Of a DNA stretch of 64,000 nt, positions 38,085 through 47,069 are shown piece by piece. Position 1 is the stretch's first letter; each line of letters begins with the position of its first letter. The notes beneath the pieces are model-generated. The model ran no database searches. It had not been told where the DNA came from and saw only the letters and a list, made by a program, of their open reading frames with translations. A program made the translations under genes and the position numbers. The stretch comes from Ignavibacteria bacterium UBA7675 (lineage in GTDB: Bacteria; Bacteroidota; Ignavibacteria; Kapaibacteriales; UB7675): positions 223 through 64,222 of the forward strand of contig DLHF01000080.1 in the NCBI GenBank assembly GCA_002483085.1. The letters are read 5' to 3'.

Positions 38085-38969
38085 ATGAAAAAAATACATC
38101 TTTTGTTTGTGGTGGCGCTGCTGGCCGGACTGAGCGCCTGTGAGGATCCTGTGCCCAGCGATTATCTTCAGCAAAACGGGGTAGAGGCAATCCTTATCGT
38201 AGGAGAACCGATTCAAGAAATAAGGCTGATGCGCAGCCAGGACGTGAAGGATACATTTTCTATAACAGCGGCATTTATCAAAGACGCCGATGTGAAAATC
38301 CTGACCGATAGCGACACACTACAGCTTCTGTATCGCGAAACAGAGAAGGGGTCTGAATACTGGTATCCGGGCAAGGACACGCTGTACAAAGTACAGCCTA
38401 ACACGACGTATCGCCTGCGTATACGGTTGGCCGGTGGTGGGCTGATCACAGGGACAACGACCACGCCGGGGCAAATTAGCTATACGCGTGTCATCCCCGA
38501 TACATTGGAATATCCCAAAGACACGACGAACCTTACGACCGATGAAAAGCTGCGCCTGTCCTGGACGCCGCTGCCGGGAATAAACGAGTATATTCTGCGG
38601 GTGTCGGCTCTGGACACTTTGGAGTACGGAAAATATTTGAACCCGCCTACAGAGGAAAAAAACCGGAGAATTGAGCGTTTCTGGGAAGAGAATGCGCCGA
38701 AGTACGACGATATTACCCGCTGGGCATATATTCCGGCTACTAATATTCCCGGTTCTTGGAATGCGTTCAAGTGGTTTGGTGTGCAGGAAGTTTCGGTGTT
38801 TGCTCCCGATCCGAATTTTACCAAATGGTTCAAGCAGATACGCTTCGGTGGTGCCAGCCCTACCTACAACGCATTGCTCGGCAGTGTGCAGGGCGAATCG
38901 GCTGTTGGTGTTTTTGCCTCTGCTTCGGTTACATCGGATACGACCTTTGTAATAAAAAATCAACCGTAA
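38085..38969 (+). CDS. DUF4249-like lipoprotein (TonB-receptor partner)
   Basis: Lipoprotein signal MKKIHLLFVVALLAGLSAC. About 290 aa immediately downstream of the TBDR, the usual context for DUF4249. Assignment by context and size. Confidence 0.45.
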   Translation: MKKIHLLFVVALLAGLSACEDPVPSDYLQQNGVEAILIVGEPIQEIRLMRSQDVKDTFSITAAFIKDADVKILTDSDTLQLLYRETEKGSEYWYPGKDTLYKVQPNTTYRLRIRLAGGGLITGTTTTPGQISYTRVIPDTLEYPKDTTNLTTDEKLRLSWTPLPGINEYILRVSALDTLEYGKYLNPPTEEKNRRIERFWEENAPKYDDITRWAYIPATNIPGSWNAFKWFGVQEVSVFAPDPNFTKWFKQIRFGGASPTYNALLGSVQGESAVGVFASASVTSDTTFVIKNQP

Positions 38970-39014
38970 AGCAAAAGAGCCGGGGGGCAGATATTTCGTC
39001 CCTCGGCTTTATTC

Positions 39015-40484
39015 CTACTCTGCATTCCGCAGTGGCAAGCGAATTGTAAACGATGTTCCGCAATTCACACGCGAGTCGACAGAAATTTCACCGTCGTGTA
39101 TGTCGACAAATTCTTTTACAATCGACAGGCCGAGACCTGTACCTTTGATTGCACCTGTATTCGAAGCGCGGAAGAAGGGATTAAAGAGCAGGGGAAGCTC
39201 TTCATCCGGTATGCCAATGCCTTGGTCGCTTACCTGAAAAAACACATTGTTATAGCGATGATATACGCGGAAGATCACTGATGAACTCCCGGGCGAATAC
39301 TTAATGGCATTCGACAGCAGATTGCGAAGTGCATAGCGCAGCAACTTGCTATCCGCAAAAAGAGCAGGAATATCCTGAGCGAAATAAGCGTCGATTGTAT
39401 GGCCGATAGTGCCGGAGGAAGTTATGTCGTCGAGCACTGTATTACACAAGTCCACCACATTAATATTGGCTGGTTTGTACAGAGTTTGTACCGAATCGGC
39501 AGCCGATTGCATCAGCACATCGTCCATCAGCCTTGTAAGCTCCGATACCCGTTCGCGAATCTTTCCTATTTCGGTACGGCGCTGTTCTTCATTCATGCGG
39601 TTGATATAGCGATCCAGCAGCTCGGTCGACATCATAATACCTGACAGCGGTGTGCGAAACTCGTGCGATACCGTGCCAACAAAGCGTGTTTTCAGTAGGT
39701 TGAGCTCGCGTTCGCGTTTGAGTGCCGCTTCCAGCTCCTGCTCAGCTATTTTACGTTCGGTAATGTCGCGTCCGTAAATCGAAGCTCCTGTCACCGTGCC
39801 GTGTACCACAATGGGCGTAAACGACAGTTCGTAATATATTTCCCGTCCGTTTACATAGCGATGATATTCCTTGCGGAACGGCTCTCCCTGCAACGCAGTT
39901 TCGTACAGTGATTTCCAGTAACCGCGTTCGCCGGGCGAGCAAAGGTCCAGCACCATATTACCTTCTTCTGCTTGGCATGGCGTTGTCTTGCAATCTGCAA
40001 AAATGGAGCGAAACGCGCTGTTGCAGCCAGTGATAACCAAATCGTTATCAACCGACCAGATCAGATCATTGGTATGCTCGATGAGCGCAGAGAGCCGGGC
40101 GCGCGATTGCAGCAATTCTTCTTCGGCAATCCGGCAGCGTTCTATCTGTTCGGCGAGATATTCGACAACGACAATTGCGTCGTTGGAGTCGGTTTGCATC
40201 ATATCCGACGCACCGGAAAGCACTTGCAATTGCAGGATGAAATCGCGCATCTTTTCGATAAGAGTGTGTTGCTTTACAGCGTCCTCGCGCAGCCTGTTGT
40301 TAGCTTCGGTAAGCTCCTGCGAGCTAATATCCATAGCGCGTTCGAGCAAGGCTCTATCGGCTGTATGGTGGTCGTAGGTTTTGCTGATGGCTTCCAGCAG
40401 CGCGTCCATGCCCTCTGGAAGCGATGCTGTCCACTGCGGTCCGATATGCTTTTTTAGCTGGCGAATAAGGAGCAAGTTGTACAT
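39015..40484 (-). CDS. Cytoplasmic PAS-domain sensor histidine kinase
   Basis: HisKA H-box TVSHEFRTPLSGI. HATPase N/G boxes (NLLSNAIKYSPG, GTGLGLSIVKEFV). PAS-like region with the ...GASIYGRDITERK... motif. Confidence 0.85.
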   Translation of the reverse strand: MYNLLLIRQLKKHIGPQWTASLPEGMDALLEAISKTYDHHTADRALLERAMDISSQELTEANNRLREDAVKQHTLIEKMRDFILQLQVLSGASDMMQTDSNDAIVVVEYLAEQIERCRIAEEELLQSRARLSALIEHTNDLIWSVDNDLVITGCNSAFRSIFADCKTTPCQAEEGNMVLDLCSPGERGYWKSLYETALQGEPFRKEYHRYVNGREIYYELSFTPIVVHGTVTGASIYGRDITERKIAEQELEAALKRERELNLLKTRFVGTVSHEFRTPLSGIMMSTELLDRYINRMNEEQRRTEIGKIRERVSELTRLMDDVLMQSAADSVQTLYKPANINVVDLCNTVLDDITSSGTIGHTIDAYFAQDIPALFADSKLLRYALRNLLSNAIKYSPGSSSVIFRVYHRYNNVFFQVSDQGIGIPDEELPLLFNPFFRASNTGAIKGTGLGLSIVKEFVDIHDGEISVDSRVNCGTSFTIRLPLRNAE

Positions 40485-41635
40485 TACACTTCCCTAAAAG
40501 CGGTGATGGTCATAGTTTGATTGTGAAGCTCGCAGAATGATGTATCGGTGGCTGATACAAGTGGGGAAATTTCGCCGTAGGAGTAGAAACCAGCGATAAC
40601 GGTGGATGTGCCGAGTATACCACTTACCTCTTCTATCTCTTCCTCTATGCGCTGTTCAAGCACGTTTTTTCTTCCAATACAGCTTATCAGGATAGCGAGA
40701 TCGGGTGGTTGTTCCTGCAGCAGCAGCGAGCTGTTATGTGCTGCCTGTGCGGCGCCGTCGATCAGGCGTTCAAAGTTAGCTTTCATAAATCGCGCGTACC
40801 AGCCCAATGGTATATCGCCAGCAAAGGTCATGCTTTTTTCCCGTTCGTTTACTGATAGTATTGTGCGTACAAGCGAGCGACTGTCGCCGTTTTGGGGACA
40901 AATGCTGAGTGGAAACAGCAGGGCGCTGCCCGGCAGGCCATCGGCTTGGTCGCCGAGATAGCGTTTGTATAAGTCGAGAGCCGATTGGCCATCGAGTTCG
41001 TACAGCACATTGCTGTGCGCTTTTGTAACAAGGCGCTCGGGGCCAAATGGATCCCAGCCACCGACTGATCCATAGCCAATGCGAATGCGGTCGCCATAGA
41101 AGCCTATTACAACGATACGTCCTTCCACTGGCGGCTGGTCGAGACCCACAACTGTTTGCTCAAAGCGGTTGCCGTCACCGGCAAGCCCGCCTGTGATTAC
41201 CATTTCGGGCGGCAGCGAGGTCTTGAGTCCGCTAATGAGCTCGCTGCCATTTACTCGTTGTCCGTCGGATAGCACAAAGACATAGACAAGACCGTCGTGT
41301 GGCAATGCCTGTCCTAAAGCCTCGCCGGCGGCAAAACTGTTGGCAAAATCTTCGATGGATACTGCGGCTGCCGATAGTGTGGTATGCTCAAATTCTACGG
41401 CGGTTATTGCAATCGAGTCGTCGTACACCGATGTACCAATAATTTCACCAGCAGTAGAGCAGACAAGAATATGCGCGTAGGGATAGCATTCGCGCAGCGT
41501 GTTGTAATATTGTGGATCGGCGAGCAGTAGCCTATCGCCAAAGGCAAACACAATGGTAGCGTGGCTACCGAGATTACCGTCGCGCATGATACGGCTCTCG
41601 TGCCCACGCTCCCAGATGAGCTGTTCGGTTATCAT
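40484..41635 (-). CDS. FIST-domain (FIST_N + FIST_C) sensory protein, translationally coupled to the downstream histidine kinase
   Basis: HATIVFAFGD...ILVCSTAGEI...VFVLSDG...ITGGLAGDG pattern typical of FIST domains. Its stop overlaps the HK start at 40484. Confidence 0.7.
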   Translation of the reverse strand: MITEQLIWERGHESRIMRDGNLGSHATIVFAFGDRLLLADPQYYNTLRECYPYAHILVCSTAGEIIGTSVYDDSIAITAVEFEHTTLSAAAVSIEDFANSFAAGEALGQALPHDGLVYVFVLSDGQRVNGSELISGLKTSLPPEMVITGGLAGDGNRFEQTVVGLDQPPVEGRIVVIGFYGDRIRIGYGSVGGWDPFGPERLVTKAHSNVLYELDGQSALDLYKRYLGDQADGLPGSALLFPLSICPQNGDSRSLVRTILSVNEREKSMTFAGDIPLGWYARFMKANFERLIDGAAQAAHNSSLLLQEQPPDLAILISCIGRKNVLEQRIEEEIEEVSGILGTSTVIAGFYSYGEISPLVSATDTSFCELHNQTMTITAFREV

Positions 41636-41815
41636 GATTCTTCTCTTATACCCAGGGCTGTTCGCTGTTGGACTGACACGTAGTACTATCGGAAGATATG
41701 GCTCGGACTAAAGCGATTGCCGATGGAGAAATATGGTTGCACACAGTTATTCCAAGCCCATTTTTTACTGTTCACGCAGAGCAATGCGAAGGGGCTGGCA
41801 AGAGCCGCAGCGGGT

Positions 41816-41869
41816 GGTGCGACCGGTGACAGCGACCGAACACGTGAGCAGCGACGCCCGTGCCACAAA
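41816..41869 (+). repeat. Dispersed repeat R-module copy R3
   Basis: GTGCGACCGGTGACAGCGACCGAACACGTGAGCAGCGACGCCCGTGCCACAAAA, near-identical to R5 at 50277. Confidence 0.7.
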
Positions 41870-41935
41870 AGAGCTGTATGAAGAGTATCTATTCCTTTTT
41901 ATTGGAAATGAGGCCGCGCTCAGCAGACGAGCGGA

Positions 41936-43216
41936 CTACGGCTTTTGCCCGTACTTTACTTTATACTTTCGGTAGAGGGCTTTTTGCTTGTTATCGAGGT
42001 CGATATTCCTGCCGAGAATAAAGGCTTGTGTCACATCGTTGGTGCGCATGTCCAGGGCATCGCCGGTAGAGATAAACAGCGTGGCGTCTTTGCCCGGCTC
42101 TAGCGAGCCTACTGTAGAGTCGATGCCGAGTATCGCGGCTGCGTTCAGAGTGATAGAAGCAAGAGCCTCTTCTTTGGTAAGGCCATAAGCAGCAGCGGTT
42201 CCCGCTTCAAACGGCAGATTGCGCTGGTTCCAGTTACCAGCACCACTGATGCAGAACCTCACACCTGCCTTGTTGAGCAGAGCGGGAAGTTTATACGGCA
42301 GGTCGATATCATCGTGCGACAGGGAGGGGAGGTGATGGGTTTGCGAGATAATTACTGGTACATCAAATTGCTTCAGGACATCGGCGACAAGCCAGGATTC
42401 ATCTCCGCCGACAATAACGGGAGCAAGGCCATAGCGCTGCGAAAAGTGGATTGCTGCGATGATACCTTTGGCCTGATCGGCGTGGATGTACAATTTTTTT
42501 GTACCATTAAACAGACCGCGCATGGCTTCGAGCTTCAGATTGGATGGATTAGCGGTTGGAGTAGAGCTATATGCTTTTGCTTCTGCGAACAACTGATCGA
42601 GAGCTGCGAGCTCCTGCCCGATGCGTTTGCGGCTTTTTTCTGCTTCATCACCCTGGCTTGGCATCATTGAGGGCCAATTGAGATGCAGTCCATCGTCGGC
42701 TTTATACATAGCATCTTCCCAATTCCATCCATCGAGCTGCACAACAGCAGAGGAGCCGGAGATAAGGCCTCCGACTGGTGTAATTTGCGAGAGCAAAACA
42801 CCATTGCTGCGAACGGTAGGAAGGATTTGCGAATCGGTATTATATGCGATAAGAGCGCGTACATGAGGCGAGATTGTGCCAACCTCTGCGTAGTCGTTGG
42901 TGGCGCGAACGGCGCCGATTTCCGAAAGGCCGAGAGTTGTATTGGCGCATATAAAGCCGGGGTACACGTGTTTGCCCGCAGCGTCGATGATATCCGCGCG
43001 CGAGTTGTCGAATCTGGCAGTAGAAGCATCGCCAACGGCTGTAATCTTGCCATTTTCAAAGGCGACAAAACCATTTTCTATTACCTGGCCTGTACCTGTG
43101 TGCACTGTGCCGCCGAGCACAACCACGGGTCGTGTTTGCGGTACAGAAGGCGTTTGTGATAGGCTGTCGGTTGTGCAGCAAAGAGTGCACAGGAGGAGTA
43201 AGAGAATGTACTGCAT
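41936..43216 (-). CDS. Secreted amidohydrolase-family metal-dependent hydrolase
   Basis: Signal peptide MQYILLLLLCTLCC (start refined to ATG 43216). ...ITAVGD...AAGKHVYPGFI... matches the Amidohydro_1-type N-terminal motif region. Confidence 0.7.
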   Translation of the reverse strand: MQYILLLLLCTLCCTTDSLSQTPSVPQTRPVVVLGGTVHTGTGQVIENGFVAFENGKITAVGDASTARFDNSRADIIDAAGKHVYPGFICANTTLGLSEIGAVRATNDYAEVGTISPHVRALIAYNTDSQILPTVRSNGVLLSQITPVGGLISGSSAVVQLDGWNWEDAMYKADDGLHLNWPSMMPSQGDEAEKSRKRIGQELAALDQLFAEAKAYSSTPTANPSNLKLEAMRGLFNGTKKLYIHADQAKGIIAAIHFSQRYGLAPVIVGGDESWLVADVLKQFDVPVIISQTHHLPSLSHDDIDLPYKLPALLNKAGVRFCISGAGNWNQRNLPFEAGTAAAYGLTKEEALASITLNAAAILGIDSTVGSLEPGKDATLFISTGDALDMRTNDVTQAFILGRNIDLDNKQKALYRKYKVKYGQKP

Positions 43217-43342
43217 ATGTCGGGAGAAAATATTAGCTCCACCGCGAAATTGTAAACGGCTGGTCGGCGATGCGCGCCAGCCGCTTTTGAAGCGCAAGTA
43301 TAGCACTGCTACTAATGGAATGCAAGCGTTACCATTGTTTTG

Positions 43343-46270
43343 TTATTGCTGTACAAGGAGTGTTGCCACTGCTATGTCGGTACCGGCTCGCATGATAACG
43401 CTGTACAGTCCCGGGGCAAGCTCTGTTGTTTCGATGAGAAATACCTGTACTTCGCCAGCGATTGCAGGGAACTGGTGGTACCATACGCGCTGGCCTTGTA
43501 GCGAGTAGACGCTCATATCGCCATTGCAATCGGAAGCCGAAGACATTTGCACTTTTGCATAGCCGGTGGCGGGATTTGGCGAAATAGCCAATACCGTGGG
43601 GGTAGTAAATGCCATATCGCGCTGGCCCACGCCACAACCCCGGATTGCCAAGGCGCCGTCTTGCGTTTGCACGTCTACGCACTGTTGTTGGGACACGTTC
43701 TGCACAGCCAGAGCCGTGGACGGCAGTGAGCCCATGAGGATGTCGCCTGTGAGCCGGGCATAGACCTGCGGTGCTGTCGATACATTAATATTTGACAGTA
43801 CAATAGTGATCTCGCCCTGCGCTCCTGTGGTTTGTTCGCTCATACTGGCATTGCTTATGCCGGTAGGACGAAGGCTGAACGCGTCGAAAGCTACAGTGAG
43901 CGCAAGCGATTGCAGGGCGATGGGCTCGGATGCTGAAAGCACGATAGGGAACTGGATATCTGTGCTGCCGACATCAGCCGAAACAGTGGGCATCGACACC
44001 GTGACTATTGGCGGTATGCGTACTTCCACTGTTACTGCGGCTGTGGTTGTACAGCCGAGTTCGTTGGTAGCAAGCACTGTATAGCGGGTTGTTGTCTGCG
44101 GCGCAACTACCGGGCTGGTATCTGTCGGATCCATCGGCGTAGTATCTGCAAACCACTGGTACGACAGTGCGCCTGTGGCCAGGAGCTGCACGCTATCGCC
44201 CCGGCAGATTGATGTATCGGGAATAATACTGACAGTCCGGATGTCCGCATGAGCAATGCGAATAGTATCGGTAGCAAGGCAATTGCCATCGCGGACTACC
44301 ACCCAATACATGCCCGGAGATACAATATGTATAGATTGCGTTGTTTCGCCAGTCGACCACAGGTATGTAGCCGATGACGTTTGCTGCCCGGGGTCGAGCG
44401 TAAGAATTTCTTTTTCGCATACTATTGTGTCTTTTCCGAGTTCGGCCTGAGGCTGTTGCACCACAGCGACGGTTATCTCTTTCTGCTTTGTACAGCCGTA
44501 GATATCTGTTGCTGTTACGGTGTAGGTTGTCGTTGCATCAGGCCGTGCAAGCGGGGCGGAACTTGTCGGGTCATCGAGTCCTTTTGCGGGATTCCATTGA
44601 TACGTCGCTCCTCCTTCCACAGAAAGGCGCACCTCTGAACCACTGCATATAGTTGTATCTGATACTCCTGTAAGCTGCCAGTCGGGGGCGGGCAATACAA
44701 CGACGGTATCGGCAATTGTGCACAGCTTATCGGACACACGCACCCAGTACAGGCCGGGGCTATCAATACTGATCTGAGGCGTTACTTCGCCAGTCGACCA
44801 CTCATACTGTATGTACTCTGGACTTCCCGCCCGGAGGAACATCGTCGTTCCGGGGCACAGGACTGTGTCGCTCGGGATAGGCGGCGCTGGTACTGTGTGG
44901 ATGACTACTTCGCGCTCTACTATATCTACGGTACTGCCGCGCCACGTAGTAAGCCGTACTGTGTACGAGCCCGGTGCGGAATACACATGCGATGGGGCAA
45001 GAGCACTTGATGTATTGTTGGCAACAGTAATCGGGTCGCCAAAATCCCACCATACGCTTGTAATTCCCTCTGCATCGGGTATCAGAAAGGAGGTGTTATC
45101 GCCGGGGCACGCATTGCGATAGACGAACTTCATATGTAGAAATCCATTGTAGAAAAGCGGTAGGCCAAGAGTGCTTGTGGCGCCTTCGAGAAATACTTCT
45201 TGCGGTTTGAAATCGCATAAAATGCCGGGCTCATTAGGGCGTTCGATAACATCGAGATAGCTGCGGCCCATACGTGTGGAGTAGATGCGTCCATCGGGGC
45301 CAAGCTGGAGCGATCCCACGGGTATCGACGGACTCCCGGTAGCAACAACAACTGCCTTGTCCATAATATCGGCGGCGTTGCCCAGAGCCAGATCAAACTG
45401 GTGCATCGAACCCGAGCTCTGCACGCTACCGTAGAGTTTTGTGCCATCGGGCGAGAACTCAACGCCGTAGCAGCCTGTGTAATCGGGAGAAGACAGTTGG
45501 AGAGGTGGCGTGGTTGCAGAGACACGGCCAGAAGACGCATCGAAATCAAGTACCTCGAAGATACCTGCTTCATAGAGCGCCAGAGCAATGCGCTTGCCGT
45601 CGAGCGATACTTTCATTGCGCCAAGACTATTGAGATTTGTTGTGGTTTGCAAATGTGGAGTTCCTGTTCTGCTTACTACCGGCGTGCGCTGTATTCCGCT
45701 GTTCGTAATAATGAATGCGTAAAACACATCGTCGTTCCAGCCATGCACTATCAGCCAGAAATCGGTTCTATTGCTGTGGCGCACTAAAGCCATCTTTTCT
45801 ACCACTGATGGCAACAGCGGTTCGTTCTTTGTCGTAATCTGGCCAAGCCCGCCATTTCTGGTCATATTGACAATATGGTATTGCAATCCATCGAACTGGC
45901 CTTCGCTATCCACGGTAAAAATATAATAGTGGAAAGGATCGCCGGGTTGCGGAAGAATAATTGCCGACTGTGTAGAGGAGGGATCGCCGAGGAGGCCGGA
46001 GCCGTCCATGACCTGGTGCTCGCTGTTCCAGACTGTAGAGCCATTGGTATAAAACAGCAATTTGCCGGAGGAGTTGCTGATAACTGCACATCCTTCTGCT
46101 GTCCGCATTGCGCTGTTTGTGCGAATGGTAGGAGTTGGACCTATAAAGTCCATGCCTGCATTATTGCCAAAGTACCACACCGACGCTTCTTTCTGGGCAA
46201 ATGCAGTGCACAGCGGCAGCAGAAGCAGTATGGCAGTAAGTATATATCGTTGCATAGAAAAGTGAAGCAT
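43343..46270 (-). CDS. Large secreted SprB-repeat adhesin-like protein with T9SS CTD (975 aa)
   Basis: Signal peptide. Multiple SprB/Ig-like repeats (TYTVTATDIYGCT, RYTVLATNELGCTTTAAVTV, GMYWVVVRDGNCL). C-terminal ...APGLYSVIMRAGTDIAVATLLVQQ is a T9SS CTD. An alternative start at ATG 46255 (MQRYIL...) is possible. Confidence 0.75.
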   Translation of the reverse strand: MLHFSMQRYILTAILLLLPLCTAFAQKEASVWYFGNNAGMDFIGPTPTIRTNSAMRTAEGCAVISNSSGKLLFYTNGSTVWNSEHQVMDGSGLLGDPSSTQSAIILPQPGDPFHYYIFTVDSEGQFDGLQYHIVNMTRNGGLGQITTKNEPLLPSVVEKMALVRHSNRTDFWLIVHGWNDDVFYAFIITNSGIQRTPVVSRTGTPHLQTTTNLNSLGAMKVSLDGKRIALALYEAGIFEVLDFDASSGRVSATTPPLQLSSPDYTGCYGVEFSPDGTKLYGSVQSSGSMHQFDLALGNAADIMDKAVVVATGSPSIPVGSLQLGPDGRIYSTRMGRSYLDVIERPNEPGILCDFKPQEVFLEGATSTLGLPLFYNGFLHMKFVYRNACPGDNTSFLIPDAEGITSVWWDFGDPITVANNTSSALAPSHVYSAPGSYTVRLTTWRGSTVDIVEREVVIHTVPAPPIPSDTVLCPGTTMFLRAGSPEYIQYEWSTGEVTPQISIDSPGLYWVRVSDKLCTIADTVVVLPAPDWQLTGVSDTTICSGSEVRLSVEGGATYQWNPAKGLDDPTSSAPLARPDATTTYTVTATDIYGCTKQKEITVAVVQQPQAELGKDTIVCEKEILTLDPGQQTSSATYLWSTGETTQSIHIVSPGMYWVVVRDGNCLATDTIRIAHADIRTVSIIPDTSICRGDSVQLLATGALSYQWFADTTPMDPTDTSPVVAPQTTTRYTVLATNELGCTTTAAVTVEVRIPPIVTVSMPTVSADVGSTDIQFPIVLSASEPIALQSLALTVAFDAFSLRPTGISNASMSEQTTGAQGEITIVLSNINVSTAPQVYARLTGDILMGSLPSTALAVQNVSQQQCVDVQTQDGALAIRGCGVGQRDMAFTTPTVLAISPNPATGYAKVQMSSASDCNGDMSVYSLQGQRVWYHQFPAIAGEVQVFLIETTELAPGLYSVIMRAGTDIAVATLLVQQ

Positions 46271-46366
46271 AAGCCTTGGCTATAAAATATTGCACACTGG
46301 CTCGTGAACATTATCTACAACTGTTCCTTCGGCCTTGTTGTGTGTGTGCAAGTAGCCGTGGGAGAG

Positions 46367-46704
46367 TTAACGCAGCAGCTCGATATGATGCTCTACAGCG
46401 CGGGCGAGGCCGCCATAGACTCCGGGCTCGCCAATGACTAACGAGCGCCAGGCTTCATACATCTGTCGTGCAGCCCGTTCCCATGGCATCTGGCCTTCGC
46501 CTGTGCCGAGACCGGGACACAAAATACGGTTGATAGCACTGGGAGGACGGCTGTGCTATTGGCTGGGCTTACGATTGCATCGGCTGTTTCGCGCAGAATA
46601 TCGCCCTGCGAGATCGTTACGTTTTCAACGTGCTCAAAGTATTCCTGCCAAGCATAGAGCATACCTGTGCGATATGCCCGCAGATGAATGTGCGGAATAT
46701 TCAT
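46367..46704 (-). pseudogene. Degenerate DarG-like macro-domain (ADP-ribose-processing) gene remnant: frameshifted and internally deleted
   Basis: Frame 1 (46704 downward): MNIPHIHL...VTISQGDILRETADAIVSPANS, the N-terminal macro motif (GDIt..aDAIVNaAN). After an out-of-frame gap of about 10 codons, a second frame gives ...INRILCPGLGTGEGQMPWERAARQMYEAWRSLVIGEPGVYGGLARAVEHHIELLR*, which matches the distal macro motif of DarG (VPPLGVGNGGLDWEDV). About 80 central residues are missing. Confidence 0.45.
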
Positions 46705-46822
46705 AGGAGTGCAACCTACAATATTTACATGTTGTGGTCAAGGCACGATGCAAAGATGATAATCAGCTACAACTGAATGTGCACGCTGTTTGGCTGTATT
46801 TTCTGATAAAAGCGTTCGATGT

Positions 46823-47025
46823 GGCCTCGTGGCTCGTTGGAGTTATCATAAGCTCGTCCACGCACCGTTCCTACGGTGACAAATGCGAACGCCGTTCTGT
46901 AGCATGTCATTCCGCCTTTCTCGCTGTTCTCGGCAACTGGCGGAGGGGCTTGTACAAGCGAAAAGCGGAGTTGCGACCGGCGACAGCGACGCGCCGGGCG
47001 CCGCAACGACGCCCGTGCCCAAAGC
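46823..47025 (+). repeat. Composite MITE-like element, copy C: L1 module (46823-46905), ~70-nt spacer, R module (R4, 46973-47025)
   Basis: L1 reads ...ATCATAAGCTCGTCCACGCACCGTTCCTACGGTGACAAATGC... R4 reads TTGCGACCGGCGACAGCGACGCGCCGGGCGCCGCAACGACGCCCGTGCCCAAAG. The same L1...R architecture appears in reverse at 57056-57250. Confidence 0.65.
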
Positions 47026-47069
47026 CTCTGCGTATTGAAAAACGATGTTAGACAACGCTGTTGTGTGCG

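Noticed and set aside
41733-41975. Small ORFs in the track with recurring peptides (VRPVTATEHVSSDARAT, ATGDSDRAREQRRPCH; also 50076..50393, 50144..50452, 56747..57182)
   Set aside because: They are translations of the dispersed repeat modules in different frames or strands, not conserved protein genes.
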